From: a bacterium
Lineage (GTDB): Bacteria; Hinthialibacterota; Hinthialibacteria; Hinthialibacterales; Hinthialibacteraceae
Assembly: GCA_963662285.2 (NCBI GenBank)
Contig: CAXXMV010000006.1
Span: 128,001-192,000 of the forward strand
DNA length: 64,000 nucleotides
Reading direction: 5' to 3'
In this document: positions 41,169 to 49,967 of the stretch, one piece after another
How positions within the stretch are numbered: the stretch's first letter is position 1
Layout of the letters: every line of letters begins with the position of its first letter
Translations under genes and position numbers: made by a program
The notes under the pieces: model-generated
The model's input: the letters and a program-made list of their open reading frames with translations, nothing else
Told to the model about the DNA's origin: nothing
Database searches by the model: none

Positions 41169-43024
41169 TTTTTTAACTCCTGAGGAGAGAATTCGTTCCA
41201 TATTCCATTCTCATCAATTATTAATAAATCTAAATCTCGTTGTAATTCTAATTCAGCCATGCGGTAATTAACCATAGCCGAAGTAAGTGAGTTTTGTGAT
41301 GCAAGCAAGTCTCTTTGAGCGTCCAAAACATCACGAATGACCGCCCGTCCCGCTTGCAATTTAAGGTCTGTCATATTTACCCGTCTTTGATTGAGTACGA
41401 CGGACTGAGCTTCAATTTGCAGTCTTTCCCGCGCTTCCTGTAAATCACGCAATAGACCGCGAATGTTTAATTTGATTGAATCCTCTAAATCCTGTAAATC
41501 ACGCACGGCGCGTTCCAGAGAGAGTATGCTTTGCCGATAGGTTGCGATTTCACGGGTGCGTTCTATGGGTAAATCCAAAGAAACAACAGCGTTATAGCGG
41601 CCTTTCTCGAAATCAAGATCAAGATTATCCGCCCGGCTGGCCGAACCCAAACTGCGCCCTTCACCAACCGCAGCGCTGCCCAACAAGTTGAATTCAGCCC
41701 GTAAAGCATCCGCCGCTACAACCACATTGCGTTGCGCGTCATATACATTGCCTTGCGCTATACGCAGATCGAGCCGGTTATCTAAAGCCAATTGAATAGC
41801 TTGGCTCTCTTCTAATTCCATGGGACCGGCGTTATCCATAGTGAACGGTTCCAAAGTAACCGGAGCGTCAGCGGGAGGAACCTCTTCTCCATCCGCTTTT
41901 ACAGAAACCTCTCTGATCAAACTTTTGGCGGATTGGGTTAATCTATCTAACTCAGCCCGGTCTAATTCGATTTCAACATCAGGAGGCAACCCAAGTTGGA
42001 TTTTCAATGAATCTAAACTGCTTTGATATCTGAATTGAGAGCCTATCCAGGAGTTGCGTGAACTGTATTCCTGCTGGATGGATTGATCCACGTCGACCGG
42101 GTCTTGTTTTCCGGCGTCAGATAACCGCCGGATCAGCCGGGTGGATGTAATTGATCTACGGTAGTTGGCTTCTGCGTTATCAATCTGGTCAATAACTTGC
42201 AAGGTTGATAAATAGGTATTGGTCATACTAACCGCAAAAGTGCGTTTGTATCGTTCGAAATCGTAAATGGCGTAAAGCGCATTACGCTCGGCTTGAATCA
42301 AAGGTTCCGCTACGATATGACGCCCGGCGCCGCGCAGCAAAGGAATCGAAATAGAGGCGTCGCCGAAAAGACTGTAAGACGAAGCGCTGAACGGATTAAG
42401 CATTTTAGCAATATCAAGACCTATGCGGGATGTTAAAGTGATTCCGTTTAGGAACTTACGGGAGTAATTGGCCAGTCCGGTGTTTTCGCTGCCGCTGGTT
42501 GTTTCATTCCCGCCCAGGTCGGCGCTCAGACTGCTGTCTATTGATCCCGCGAAGGTGTGGCGGAAATTATCACGTTGCAGATCAAGATTGAGCGCCTCAC
42601 GAAAAACGGTTTCCTTGCTGGATTGATATTGCCGATTGTTTTGCGCGGCAATTTGTAGAACATCAATCAGCGTCAGTTTTAACGGATTTTCGGGATTAAA
42701 AGATGTGGCGTTTTTAATATCTTCAGCATCGAGATAATCATCCTTGGGCCAATGTTCGATTGGTTCCAGGTTTTTGGCGCCTAATGAGGCTGGACTCGAA
42801 TAGGGTATCTTTTGATCTATCATCAATCTTCGGCGTAGAGTATCCGCAGGCGGCTCTACCGAAAACGGCTCAATTTTCCCCAATGCTTTCATCTGTTTCT
42901 CTTCGATGATTTTGTATGCAGTACGGTCAACATTTTCTCTATGTTTGCCTGCTGTTGAGCAGCCAGTAATTATGAGAATCATAAGACAAGAAGCATACAT
43001 ACGGCCATTTTGTAAAATATTCAC
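41165..43024 (-). CDS. TolC-family outer membrane efflux lipoprotein
   Basis: Lipobox ITGC, OEP repeats (ALDNRLDL, DVLDAQ); first gene of the efflux operon. Confidence 0.85.
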   Translation of the reverse strand: MNILQNGRMYASCLMILIITGCSTAGKHRENVDRTAYKIIEEKQMKALGKIEPFSVEPPADTLRRRLMIDQKIPYSSPASLGAKNLEPIEHWPKDDYLDAEDIKNATSFNPENPLKLTLIDVLQIAAQNNRQYQSSKETVFREALNLDLQRDNFRHTFAGSIDSSLSADLGGNETTSGSENTGLANYSRKFLNGITLTSRIGLDIAKMLNPFSASSYSLFGDASISIPLLRGAGRHIVAEPLIQAERNALYAIYDFERYKRTFAVSMTNTYLSTLQVIDQIDNAEANYRRSITSTRLIRRLSDAGKQDPVDVDQSIQQEYSSRNSWIGSQFRYQSSLDSLKIQLGLPPDVEIELDRAELDRLTQSAKSLIREVSVKADGEEVPPADAPVTLEPFTMDNAGPMELEESQAIQLALDNRLDLRIAQGNVYDAQRNVVVAADALRAEFNLLGSAAVGEGRSLGSASRADNLDLDFEKGRYNAVVSLDLPIERTREIATYRQSILSLERAVRDLQDLEDSIKLNIRGLLRDLQEARERLQIEAQSVVLNQRRVNMTDLKLQAGRAVIRDVLDAQRDLLASQNSLTSAMVNYRMAELELQRDLDLLIIDENGIWNEFSPQELKK

Positions 43025-43084
43025 TCAGCGCCTCCAAAGATAATGATCAGAAACTACATGATTTAGCTGGTTTTGCCATTTGCG

Positions 43085-43415
43085 GGTGCGCAAATTTTGC
43101 TCACCTAAGTCCCAGTATTATCTAATCTTACTATCAATATTCGTCGTTAGCAATTATTAAATTGTTTCGTTTTTTTTTGGAAAAAAATTGATGATCCATA
43201 TGGATGTGATATTATTATAAACCTCGAATTTTCCAAGTGTAATACAATCAGAAAATTACTGTTTCATTTTCGCCCAAAAAAAATATTCAATCATTTTGAA
43301 ATTATTTGAGTTTTTTTCATATAAGTATGTGTAGTTTGAGAGATTTTGATATTAACGTTTTAAAGCAGTAGTTCAAAATCCCCCCCCAAGATGGTTCTTT
43401 GCGCAAATTTTGCGC
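43085..43415. promoter_or_regulatory. Two copies of a GCGCAAATTTTGC(G/T)C dyad in the divergent promoter region
   Basis: ggtgcgcaaattttgctcacc (43085-43105) and gcgcaaattttgcgc (43401-43415). Confidence 0.5.
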
Positions 43416-43572
43416 TTTTAATGTATATTAACACTTATCAGAACCTTATCATGAAAAGAACTCTATCCGCTATAACTGTGGGAATATCTGTTATCTGCGT
43501 GATATCCTCTAAAAAATTCTCTAATCCATGATAGATTAGTGTAAAATTGATGCAATGAACTGGTGAGAGGTT

Positions 43573-45078
43573 ATGATGAAGATATTTCGTTTTGGATGCG
43601 TCGTGATCTTATTTTTATTCACTAATGCCGCATGCGCCCGGACAGGTGAGCCGGAGGTTCGCGAATCGATCCTGGCGGGGGCGTGGTACAAAGAGAGTAA
43701 GGCTGATTTGACAGAACAGGTCAGTGGATTTCTAGATAAGGTTCCGGCTTACGCCAAAGAGGCGAACCGCGTCACGGCGTTGATCGTTCCACACGCCGGG
43801 TATGAGTGGTCGGGGCAGACGGCGGCTTATGCTTATAAAGCATTGAAGGGCGCTAAGTATCAGCGCGTGGTAGTGCTGGCGCCATCGCATCATACTTCAT
43901 TCCAAGGCGGCTCGATTGCTGATGTGAAAGCTTACCAAACTCCAATGGGACGCGTTTCCTTGGATGAGCAGGCTTGTAAGGCGCTCTTGGAGAGTGAACT
44001 GTTTTCGCATAACGCCTCAGCTCATACACAGGAGCATAGCCTGGAAATCCAACTGCCTTTTTTACAGCATTTGCTGGGGGATTTTTCTCTGGTTCCGGTA
44101 GTGGTTGGGCAGATAACGCGCGGCGATTGCGAAGAGATGGCGGATTTGCTGCGTCCTCTGCTCGATTCAAAAACGCTGCTGGTAATCAGTTCGGACTTCA
44201 TCCATCAAGGTCCGCGATTCAGGTATCAACCATATAAAGAGAACATAAAGACCAATATCCGCCGCTTGGATTTCGCAGCGGTCAACCACATCCTGAACCA
44301 GGACGTACATGGGCTATGGGATTTCCTGCATACCACCCAGGCGACCATCTGTGGACGCAACCCCATTAAAATTGGATTGATGGCGCTGCCCTTGCAGACC
44401 AAAGTGGAATTCGTCCATTACGCAACTTCGGGGGATGCAACCAACGATTATAGTGAAACGGTCAGTTATTGCGCAATGGTGTTTCGTGAGGAACCAGAAT
44501 ACCTTAACCGTGAAGAATTCGATTGCCTGTTGCATATAGCACGTCAGACTTTGGTGGATAGTTTCGAGGCGGATAAGAGCAAGGAATATATTCTGCCAGA
44601 TGAGAAGGTAACCCAACGCTTGAAGGATAAGAAGGGCGTCTTTGTTACTCTCAAAAAACAAGGCCGTTTAAGGGGATGCATCGGTCATATGCAATCGCCT
44701 GAACCGCTCTATCGTAATGTCTCGCAGACCGTACTATCATCTGCTTTTCAGGATCACAGGTTTAACCAACTCACCAAAGAGGAACTCAAGGATGTGACAA
44801 TTGAAATTTCAGTCATGTCTCCCCAACAGGAGATAGAATCCTGGAAGCAAATCGTGTTGGGGCGCGATGGCATCATTATCAATAAAAAAGGAAAATCAGC
44901 GGTTTATCTGCCTCAGGTTGCTTTAGAGCAGGGCTGGGATGTTGAGGCTACCTTGAACCATTTATCTGAAAAAGCCGGATTAAAAACGGACGATTGGAAA
45001 GAAGACTGCAAATTTATCACCTTTACCGCTCAGGTATTCGGCGAAGGATATAAAACGCTGACCAAGGAAGAACAATGA
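43573..45078 (+). CDS. amrB: AmmeMemoRadiSam system protein B-A fusion (Memo-like + AMMECR1) with signal peptide
   Basis: PHAGY, EHSLEIQLPF, SSDFIH (Memo); GVFVTL, LRGCIG, DHRF, YLPQV (AMMECR1). Confidence 0.9.
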   Translation: MMKIFRFGCVVILFLFTNAACARTGEPEVRESILAGAWYKESKADLTEQVSGFLDKVPAYAKEANRVTALIVPHAGYEWSGQTAAYAYKALKGAKYQRVVVLAPSHHTSFQGGSIADVKAYQTPMGRVSLDEQACKALLESELFSHNASAHTQEHSLEIQLPFLQHLLGDFSLVPVVVGQITRGDCEEMADLLRPLLDSKTLLVISSDFIHQGPRFRYQPYKENIKTNIRRLDFAAVNHILNQDVHGLWDFLHTTQATICGRNPIKIGLMALPLQTKVEFVHYATSGDATNDYSETVSYCAMVFREEPEYLNREEFDCLLHIARQTLVDSFEADKSKEYILPDEKVTQRLKDKKGVFVTLKKQGRLRGCIGHMQSPEPLYRNVSQTVLSSAFQDHRFNQLTKEELKDVTIEISVMSPQQEIESWKQIVLGRDGIIINKKGKSAVYLPQVALEQGWDVEATLNHLSEKAGLKTDDWKEDCKFITFTAQVFGEGYKTLTKEEQ

Positions 45079-46088
45079 GCCTGGCATCACGGCGCACTAT
45101 ATTACAAACCATTGGCAAAACGTTGGCTTGCGGTCCTTTTATTATTACATCTAAAGCCGTATGCGGCGCAATGGAAACTCCGGGGATGCGCGGAAAGAGC
45201 AGGGTGATCGTCGCCCGTAAGGAAGGGGTTCTTCTGTCGAACAACCAGCTGGATATAAAATCAATGAACCAGATGCTCGACCGGACGGCTGGCGTTCTGG
45301 GCGACTCCAAGGATTCACTGGATATCTGGAGGAAACTGTTTAAATCCAGCGATATAGTGGGGCTCAAAGTAAACACCCTGGGAGGACGTATGCTTTCGCC
45401 CCATCCTGAATTGGTCTACGCCATAGCTGAACGTCTGGCGCAGGTGGGCGTTGATCCCAAACGGATTATCATCTGGGATCGCAGCGAACGGGAATTGCAA
45501 CACTCCGGTTTCGATGCAAATTCGGCGGCTGAACGGGCGCTGGTATTGGCGACGGATTCCAAAGGCATTGGCTACGAACAGGAACCGGAAATGAGCGGCA
45601 GCATCGGTTCCTGTTTTTCAAGGATCATCTCGAAAATCTGTACGGCTATGATCAATGTCGGCGTCTTGAAAGACCACGATCTTTCGGGGATTTCAGTGGG
45701 TATGAAAAACCTGTTCGGACTAATTCATAATCCTAACCGTTATCATTTCGACGTGCATAAAGACCCATACCTGCCCGATCTATGCCTTCACCCATATGTA
45801 AAAGATAAACTGCGCTTGACCATCTGCGATGGCTTCCGGGGGCAGTATAACGGAGGCCCGGCCTACAAACCCGGCGCGGTGTGGAATCACGACGGGATTC
45901 TAATGTCGCAGGATCAAGTGGCGTTGGATTCGGTGGCCGCCGATATTATCGAGCGGGAACGTCTCAAGCATAACCTGCTGTCGTTTAAGGCCATCGACCG
46001 CGAGCCGCTATACTTACAACTGGCTGAAGAGAAACGACTGGGCATAACCGACCGCTCACGCATTGATATCAAAGAAATTTCTATCTAG
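45075..46088 (+). CDS. DUF362 domain protein with Tat signal
   Basis: SRRTIL Tat-like motif; VGLKVN, LKDH...S..MKN.FG, GGP, D.VALD. Confidence 0.85.
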   Translation: MSLASRRTILQTIGKTLACGPFIITSKAVCGAMETPGMRGKSRVIVARKEGVLLSNNQLDIKSMNQMLDRTAGVLGDSKDSLDIWRKLFKSSDIVGLKVNTLGGRMLSPHPELVYAIAERLAQVGVDPKRIIIWDRSERELQHSGFDANSAAERALVLATDSKGIGYEQEPEMSGSIGSCFSRIISKICTAMINVGVLKDHDLSGISVGMKNLFGLIHNPNRYHFDVHKDPYLPDLCLHPYVKDKLRLTICDGFRGQYNGGPAYKPGAVWNHDGILMSQDQVALDSVAADIIERERLKHNLLSFKAIDREPLYLQLAEEKRLGITDRSRIDIKEISI

Positions 46089-46099
46089 AGGATTGAGTC

Positions 46100-47257
46100 A
46101 TGAAACATGAACTAACCAGACGTGATTTTATATCGGGATCAATGTGCGCCGGGTGCGCCTTAGCTGCTGGCGCTGGAGTTATGCTCAACCCACAGACCAG
46201 TTGGGCAATCTCGCAGCCTGAACTAACCAAAGAAGTTTCTGATAAGGAAGCTAAGCATTACGATAAACTCGACGACCTGAAAATTCAATGCAAATTATGC
46301 CCCAAAGAGTGCCGGGTGGCGGATAGCGAACGGGGCTATTGCGGAGTGCGTGAGAATGTCAAAGGCGTCTACAAAACTCTGGTCTACGGACGACCCTGTT
46401 CGTTGAACGTTGACCCCATTGAAAAGAAACCGCTGTTCCACTACCTGCCGGGAACCACGGCTTTCTCAATGGCCACAGCGGGTTGCAATATCGAATGTAA
46501 GTTCTGTCAGAATTGGGATATCTCGCAGTTCCGCCCCGAACAGATCAGGATGTATGATCTCCCGCCACAGGCGACGGCGAAACTGGCGAAAGAAGCGCGC
46601 TCGAACACCATCGCCTATACCTATTCCGAGCCGGTAATCTTTTATGAATACATGCTAGATACAGCGGTAGCTGCGCGTGAACTCGGCATGGGCAGCGTGA
46701 TGATTTCTAACGGATACATCCAGGAGAAGCCGCTGCGCGAACTGCTGCCCAATCTGACGGGAGTCAAGATCGATTTCAAAGGATTTACTGAAAAATTCTA
46801 TAAAGAAACCTGCTCCGGTGAATTGAAGCCTGTTTTGAAAGCGCTTGAAATCATCAAGGAATCGGGCGTCTGGCTGGAACTTGTCATCTTGATTATTCCC
46901 ACCCTCAACGATGATGATAAAGAGAACCAGGCTATGTGCGAGTGGATTGTCAAACATCTGGGCGCTGACGTCCCCATCCACCTGACCCGCTATCACCCCA
47001 TGTATAAAATGAAGAACATCCCTTCTACTCCGGTAACGACGCTGGAGCGGCTACACAAAATCGCTCTCGACGCCGGGATCAATTACGCATACATCGGCAA
47101 CGTCCCCGGACACCCATCAGAACATACCGTTTGCCCGAAATGTAAAAAGGTCTTAATCCGTCGCATCGGATACCGGATCAATATTGAAGGATTAGAGAAT
47201 GGTAAGTGTAAAGCATGTGATACAGCGATAGCCGGAGTATGGAAAGCTAGTGGGTAG
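46100..47257 (+). CDS. amrS: AmmeMemoRadiSam system radical SAM enzyme with Tat signal
   Basis: TRRDFI; CKLCPKEC, DPIEKKPLFH, GCNIECKFCQN, YTYSEP, YIGNV and CPKC. Confidence 0.93.
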   Translation: MKHELTRRDFISGSMCAGCALAAGAGVMLNPQTSWAISQPELTKEVSDKEAKHYDKLDDLKIQCKLCPKECRVADSERGYCGVRENVKGVYKTLVYGRPCSLNVDPIEKKPLFHYLPGTTAFSMATAGCNIECKFCQNWDISQFRPEQIRMYDLPPQATAKLAKEARSNTIAYTYSEPVIFYEYMLDTAVAARELGMGSVMISNGYIQEKPLRELLPNLTGVKIDFKGFTEKFYKETCSGELKPVLKALEIIKESGVWLELVILIIPTLNDDDKENQAMCEWIVKHLGADVPIHLTRYHPMYKMKNIPSTPVTTLERLHKIALDAGINYAYIGNVPGHPSEHTVCPKCKKVLIRRIGYRINIEGLENGKCKACDTAIAGVWKASG

Positions 47258-47272
47258 TGTGTAGTAAGTAGC

Positions 47273-47309
47273 GCGTAGGGTGGGCTAAAAGCGGTAGCGT
47301 AGCCCACCA
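47273..47309 (+). repeat. GTAG-type REP element
   Basis: gcgtagggtgggctaaaagcggtagcgtagcccacca. Confidence 0.8.
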
Positions 47310-47557
47310 GAGCCACTCAATAAATACACATGATGTGTTAACAATCCTGGTGATCCTTCCATCCTGACCACCCAGATTCAGAAAATAACAATCCCTTTTT
47401 AATAAACTCTACTAACTTAAACATCTCAAATACATTATCTACTGTTGCGCCTATATGTAATATATGCTATGTTGAAAAACATCTATTGCTATTCTTAATA
47501 ATACGATTTGTTTTGTCTCACCCTATAATCCACTAATCATTGTTCTGGAGGCTTCTT

Positions 47558-49900
47558 GTGAAACACCTTATTAGCGTTGTTGTCTTTCTGTTTGTGATGG
47601 TTGCTCAAGGATTTGCGCAAAATATCAATACTCCCGAGAATTTCCCCGATCCCAAATTCCGCGCTTTGGTTGAACAGTATATGGGAGTTCAACCTAGTGG
47701 GTCATTTACTGCTGAGCAAGCGGGGGCTAAAAAAGGAGTATTCGATATTAGTTACCAGGGTCTAACTATTCTGTCTGGAATTGAGTTCTTCACTGGATTA
47801 ACTGAATTGGCTTGCGAAGCAAATAAATTGACCAAACTTGATGTTTCAACAATGACTAAATTGCAAACCTTGCGTTGCAGCGACAACCGGATTGGATATC
47901 TGGATCTTACTAAAAACACGGCTTTAACCAAACTGCGTTGCGCAGCAAACCGGTTGTCCAATTTGGATCTTCCCCAAAATCCTGCAATGCAATACCTGAA
48001 TTGCGGCAGCAATTTATTATCCAGTCTTGATCTATCTGTGAATACGGAATTGATTGAGATAACCTGCAATGATTGCCAATTGAATGAACTTGATCTGACC
48101 AAAAATACTCAATTAAAGTATCTCGCGTGTCATGGAAATTTTCTGAAAAATCTGGATGTAAGTCTGAATACTGCTTTGATTAATTTATCTTGTTATTCAA
48201 ATTTTATAAATGAGTTAGATATCTCCAATAACAAGGCGCTAGAATCCCTGAGTTGTTCAAAAAACCAATTGCAGCATTTAGATGTAACTAATAATAAAAA
48301 CATAGCTACTCTATTTTGTTATGATAATATGTTATCAGAGTTAGATATTTCCCGGAACATAAGGTTATCATGGCTGGATTGCCGTACAAATCAATTGACT
48401 AAAATTGATATTTCCACCAACCCTCTTCTTGTGTATCTTTATTGCAGCAACAATTTAATAAGTGATTTGAGTTTAAGCGGAAATACAAAACTGAAGGAAC
48501 TCAAATGCAGTAATAACCAATTGTCCAGCCTTGATCTATCCAACAATGGGTCTTTAGTTTTGCTTGAATGCAACAATAACCAATTAACCGCAGTGGACTT
48601 TACCAAGCCCCAATATCTGGCGGTTCTGGACTGCGCCAACAATCAGTTTGGGAACCTGGATTTTTCTAATAATAAAATCCTGACATTTCTGGATTGCAGC
48701 GGTAATCAATTAACTCAACTAAACCTAGCCGTTAATGCAAAACTGGGGTGGATCGATTGTGATAATAATCAAATCGCTGAACTCATATTGCCCGAAAGCG
48801 ATGATTTATTTATTTTGGAATGCGCTGACAACCAACTGACGGAAATCGATGTATCGCATTATACCCAATTATACCGGCTAGATTTCAGTCGCAACCACCT
48901 AACCGGCCTGGCAGGCATTGTTTCTAATGAGCATTTATCTAAAGAGGTTTCCTTGGATATCAGAAACAACGATCTTTCAGATGATGATTGGAGCGACGTT
49001 GATATCCTGCTTGAGCGCATTGGCGAGCCTCATTTTTACTTGGAACATGCTGCGGTGCAATCCGGTTTAGTATATTCTCCCCAAAACGGATACGATCCCT
49101 ATTATTCCGGCGGAGATTATCCTTATCAAAATCCCTCTAAGGAACGGCTGATTTCTATGCAGGGAACCTGTAACACGCGCGACTTGGGAGGCTATAAAAC
49201 AGTTGATAACCGTTCCGTCAAATGGCGTATGCTCTATCGTTCAGATTTTCTTGATTTAACTACTGAAGATTTGAACATCTTTGCCAGCCTGAATCTTCGT
49301 AGCGTATGCGATTTACGAACCGCTGACCAGCGGGATGCAATTACCGACCGGTTTCCTTATGAAAACAGGCCTGGAATTCTATCTTACCCAATTGAAATAT
49401 ATACAGATATTGATTTTCCCACATCCGAAGATTTTTATATTTATTCCAACCAGCATTTTGTTTTGGATTTTTCTGATTACTTCGCCGATATTTTCCAAAG
49501 GCTTCTTGAGCCGGAAAATATTCCACTGCTCTTTCATTGTAAGAGTGGTAAAGACCGGGCCGGATTTCTCGCCGCTATGATTTTATCCGCTCTAGGAGTT
49601 CCACGCGAAACAGTATTAGAAGATTACCTGCTTACTAATTATTACCGGGAAGAAGGAAACCGGGAAAAAGTAAAATGGCTGTCATCATATGACTGGCCCG
49701 TCCGAATGGCATTAAATGCGTATTTAGCCTATCCAAGTGCAATTCAAGCTGCTTTCGATACGATTGATGAAACATACGGTTCGTTTGATAATTACTTGCA
49801 GGAAGGCCTGGGCGTAACGCCGGAAATGCGCTCCCAATTGCAGGCAATATTCCTCGAACCAGCAGAAATTACGAATATATCCAATTGGTCTTTGTATTAA
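47558..49900 (+). CDS. Secreted internalin-like LRR protein fused to a tyrosine/phosphoinositide phosphatase (Y_phosphatase3)
   Basis: GGAGG RBS before GTG 47558, signal peptide, FPDPKFR cap, 21-aa LRRs; NTRDLGG, YRS, DLR, HCKSGKDRAG, DYLLTN; ends ISNWSLY. Confidence 0.88.
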   Translation: MKHLISVVVFLFVMVAQGFAQNINTPENFPDPKFRALVEQYMGVQPSGSFTAEQAGAKKGVFDISYQGLTILSGIEFFTGLTELACEANKLTKLDVSTMTKLQTLRCSDNRIGYLDLTKNTALTKLRCAANRLSNLDLPQNPAMQYLNCGSNLLSSLDLSVNTELIEITCNDCQLNELDLTKNTQLKYLACHGNFLKNLDVSLNTALINLSCYSNFINELDISNNKALESLSCSKNQLQHLDVTNNKNIATLFCYDNMLSELDISRNIRLSWLDCRTNQLTKIDISTNPLLVYLYCSNNLISDLSLSGNTKLKELKCSNNQLSSLDLSNNGSLVLLECNNNQLTAVDFTKPQYLAVLDCANNQFGNLDFSNNKILTFLDCSGNQLTQLNLAVNAKLGWIDCDNNQIAELILPESDDLFILECADNQLTEIDVSHYTQLYRLDFSRNHLTGLAGIVSNEHLSKEVSLDIRNNDLSDDDWSDVDILLERIGEPHFYLEHAAVQSGLVYSPQNGYDPYYSGGDYPYQNPSKERLISMQGTCNTRDLGGYKTVDNRSVKWRMLYRSDFLDLTTEDLNIFASLNLRSVCDLRTADQRDAITDRFPYENRPGILSYPIEIYTDIDFPTSEDFYIYSNQHFVLDFSDYFADIFQRLLEPENIPLLFHCKSGKDRAGFLAAMILSALGVPRETVLEDYLLTNYYREEGNREKVKWLSSYDWPVRMALNAYLAYPSAIQAAFDTIDETYGSFDNYLQEGLGVTPEMRSQLQAIFLEPAEITNISNWSLY

Positions 49901-49906
49901 ACCAGC

Positions 49907-49964
49907 GCGTAGGGCTAAAAGCGCATTTGGTGGGCTAAAAGCCGCAAAGCGGCATAGCCCACCA
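49907..49964 (+). repeat. GTAG-type REP element with a partially duplicated 5' part, between convergent genes
   Basis: gcgtagggctaaaagc...ggtgggctaaaagccgcaaagcggcatagcccacca. Confidence 0.8.
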
Positions 49965-49967
49965 AAT

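Noticed and set aside
47343-47384. aatcctg/atcct short repeats after the REP downstream of amrS
   Set aside because: Single degenerate instance; too little evidence to define an element
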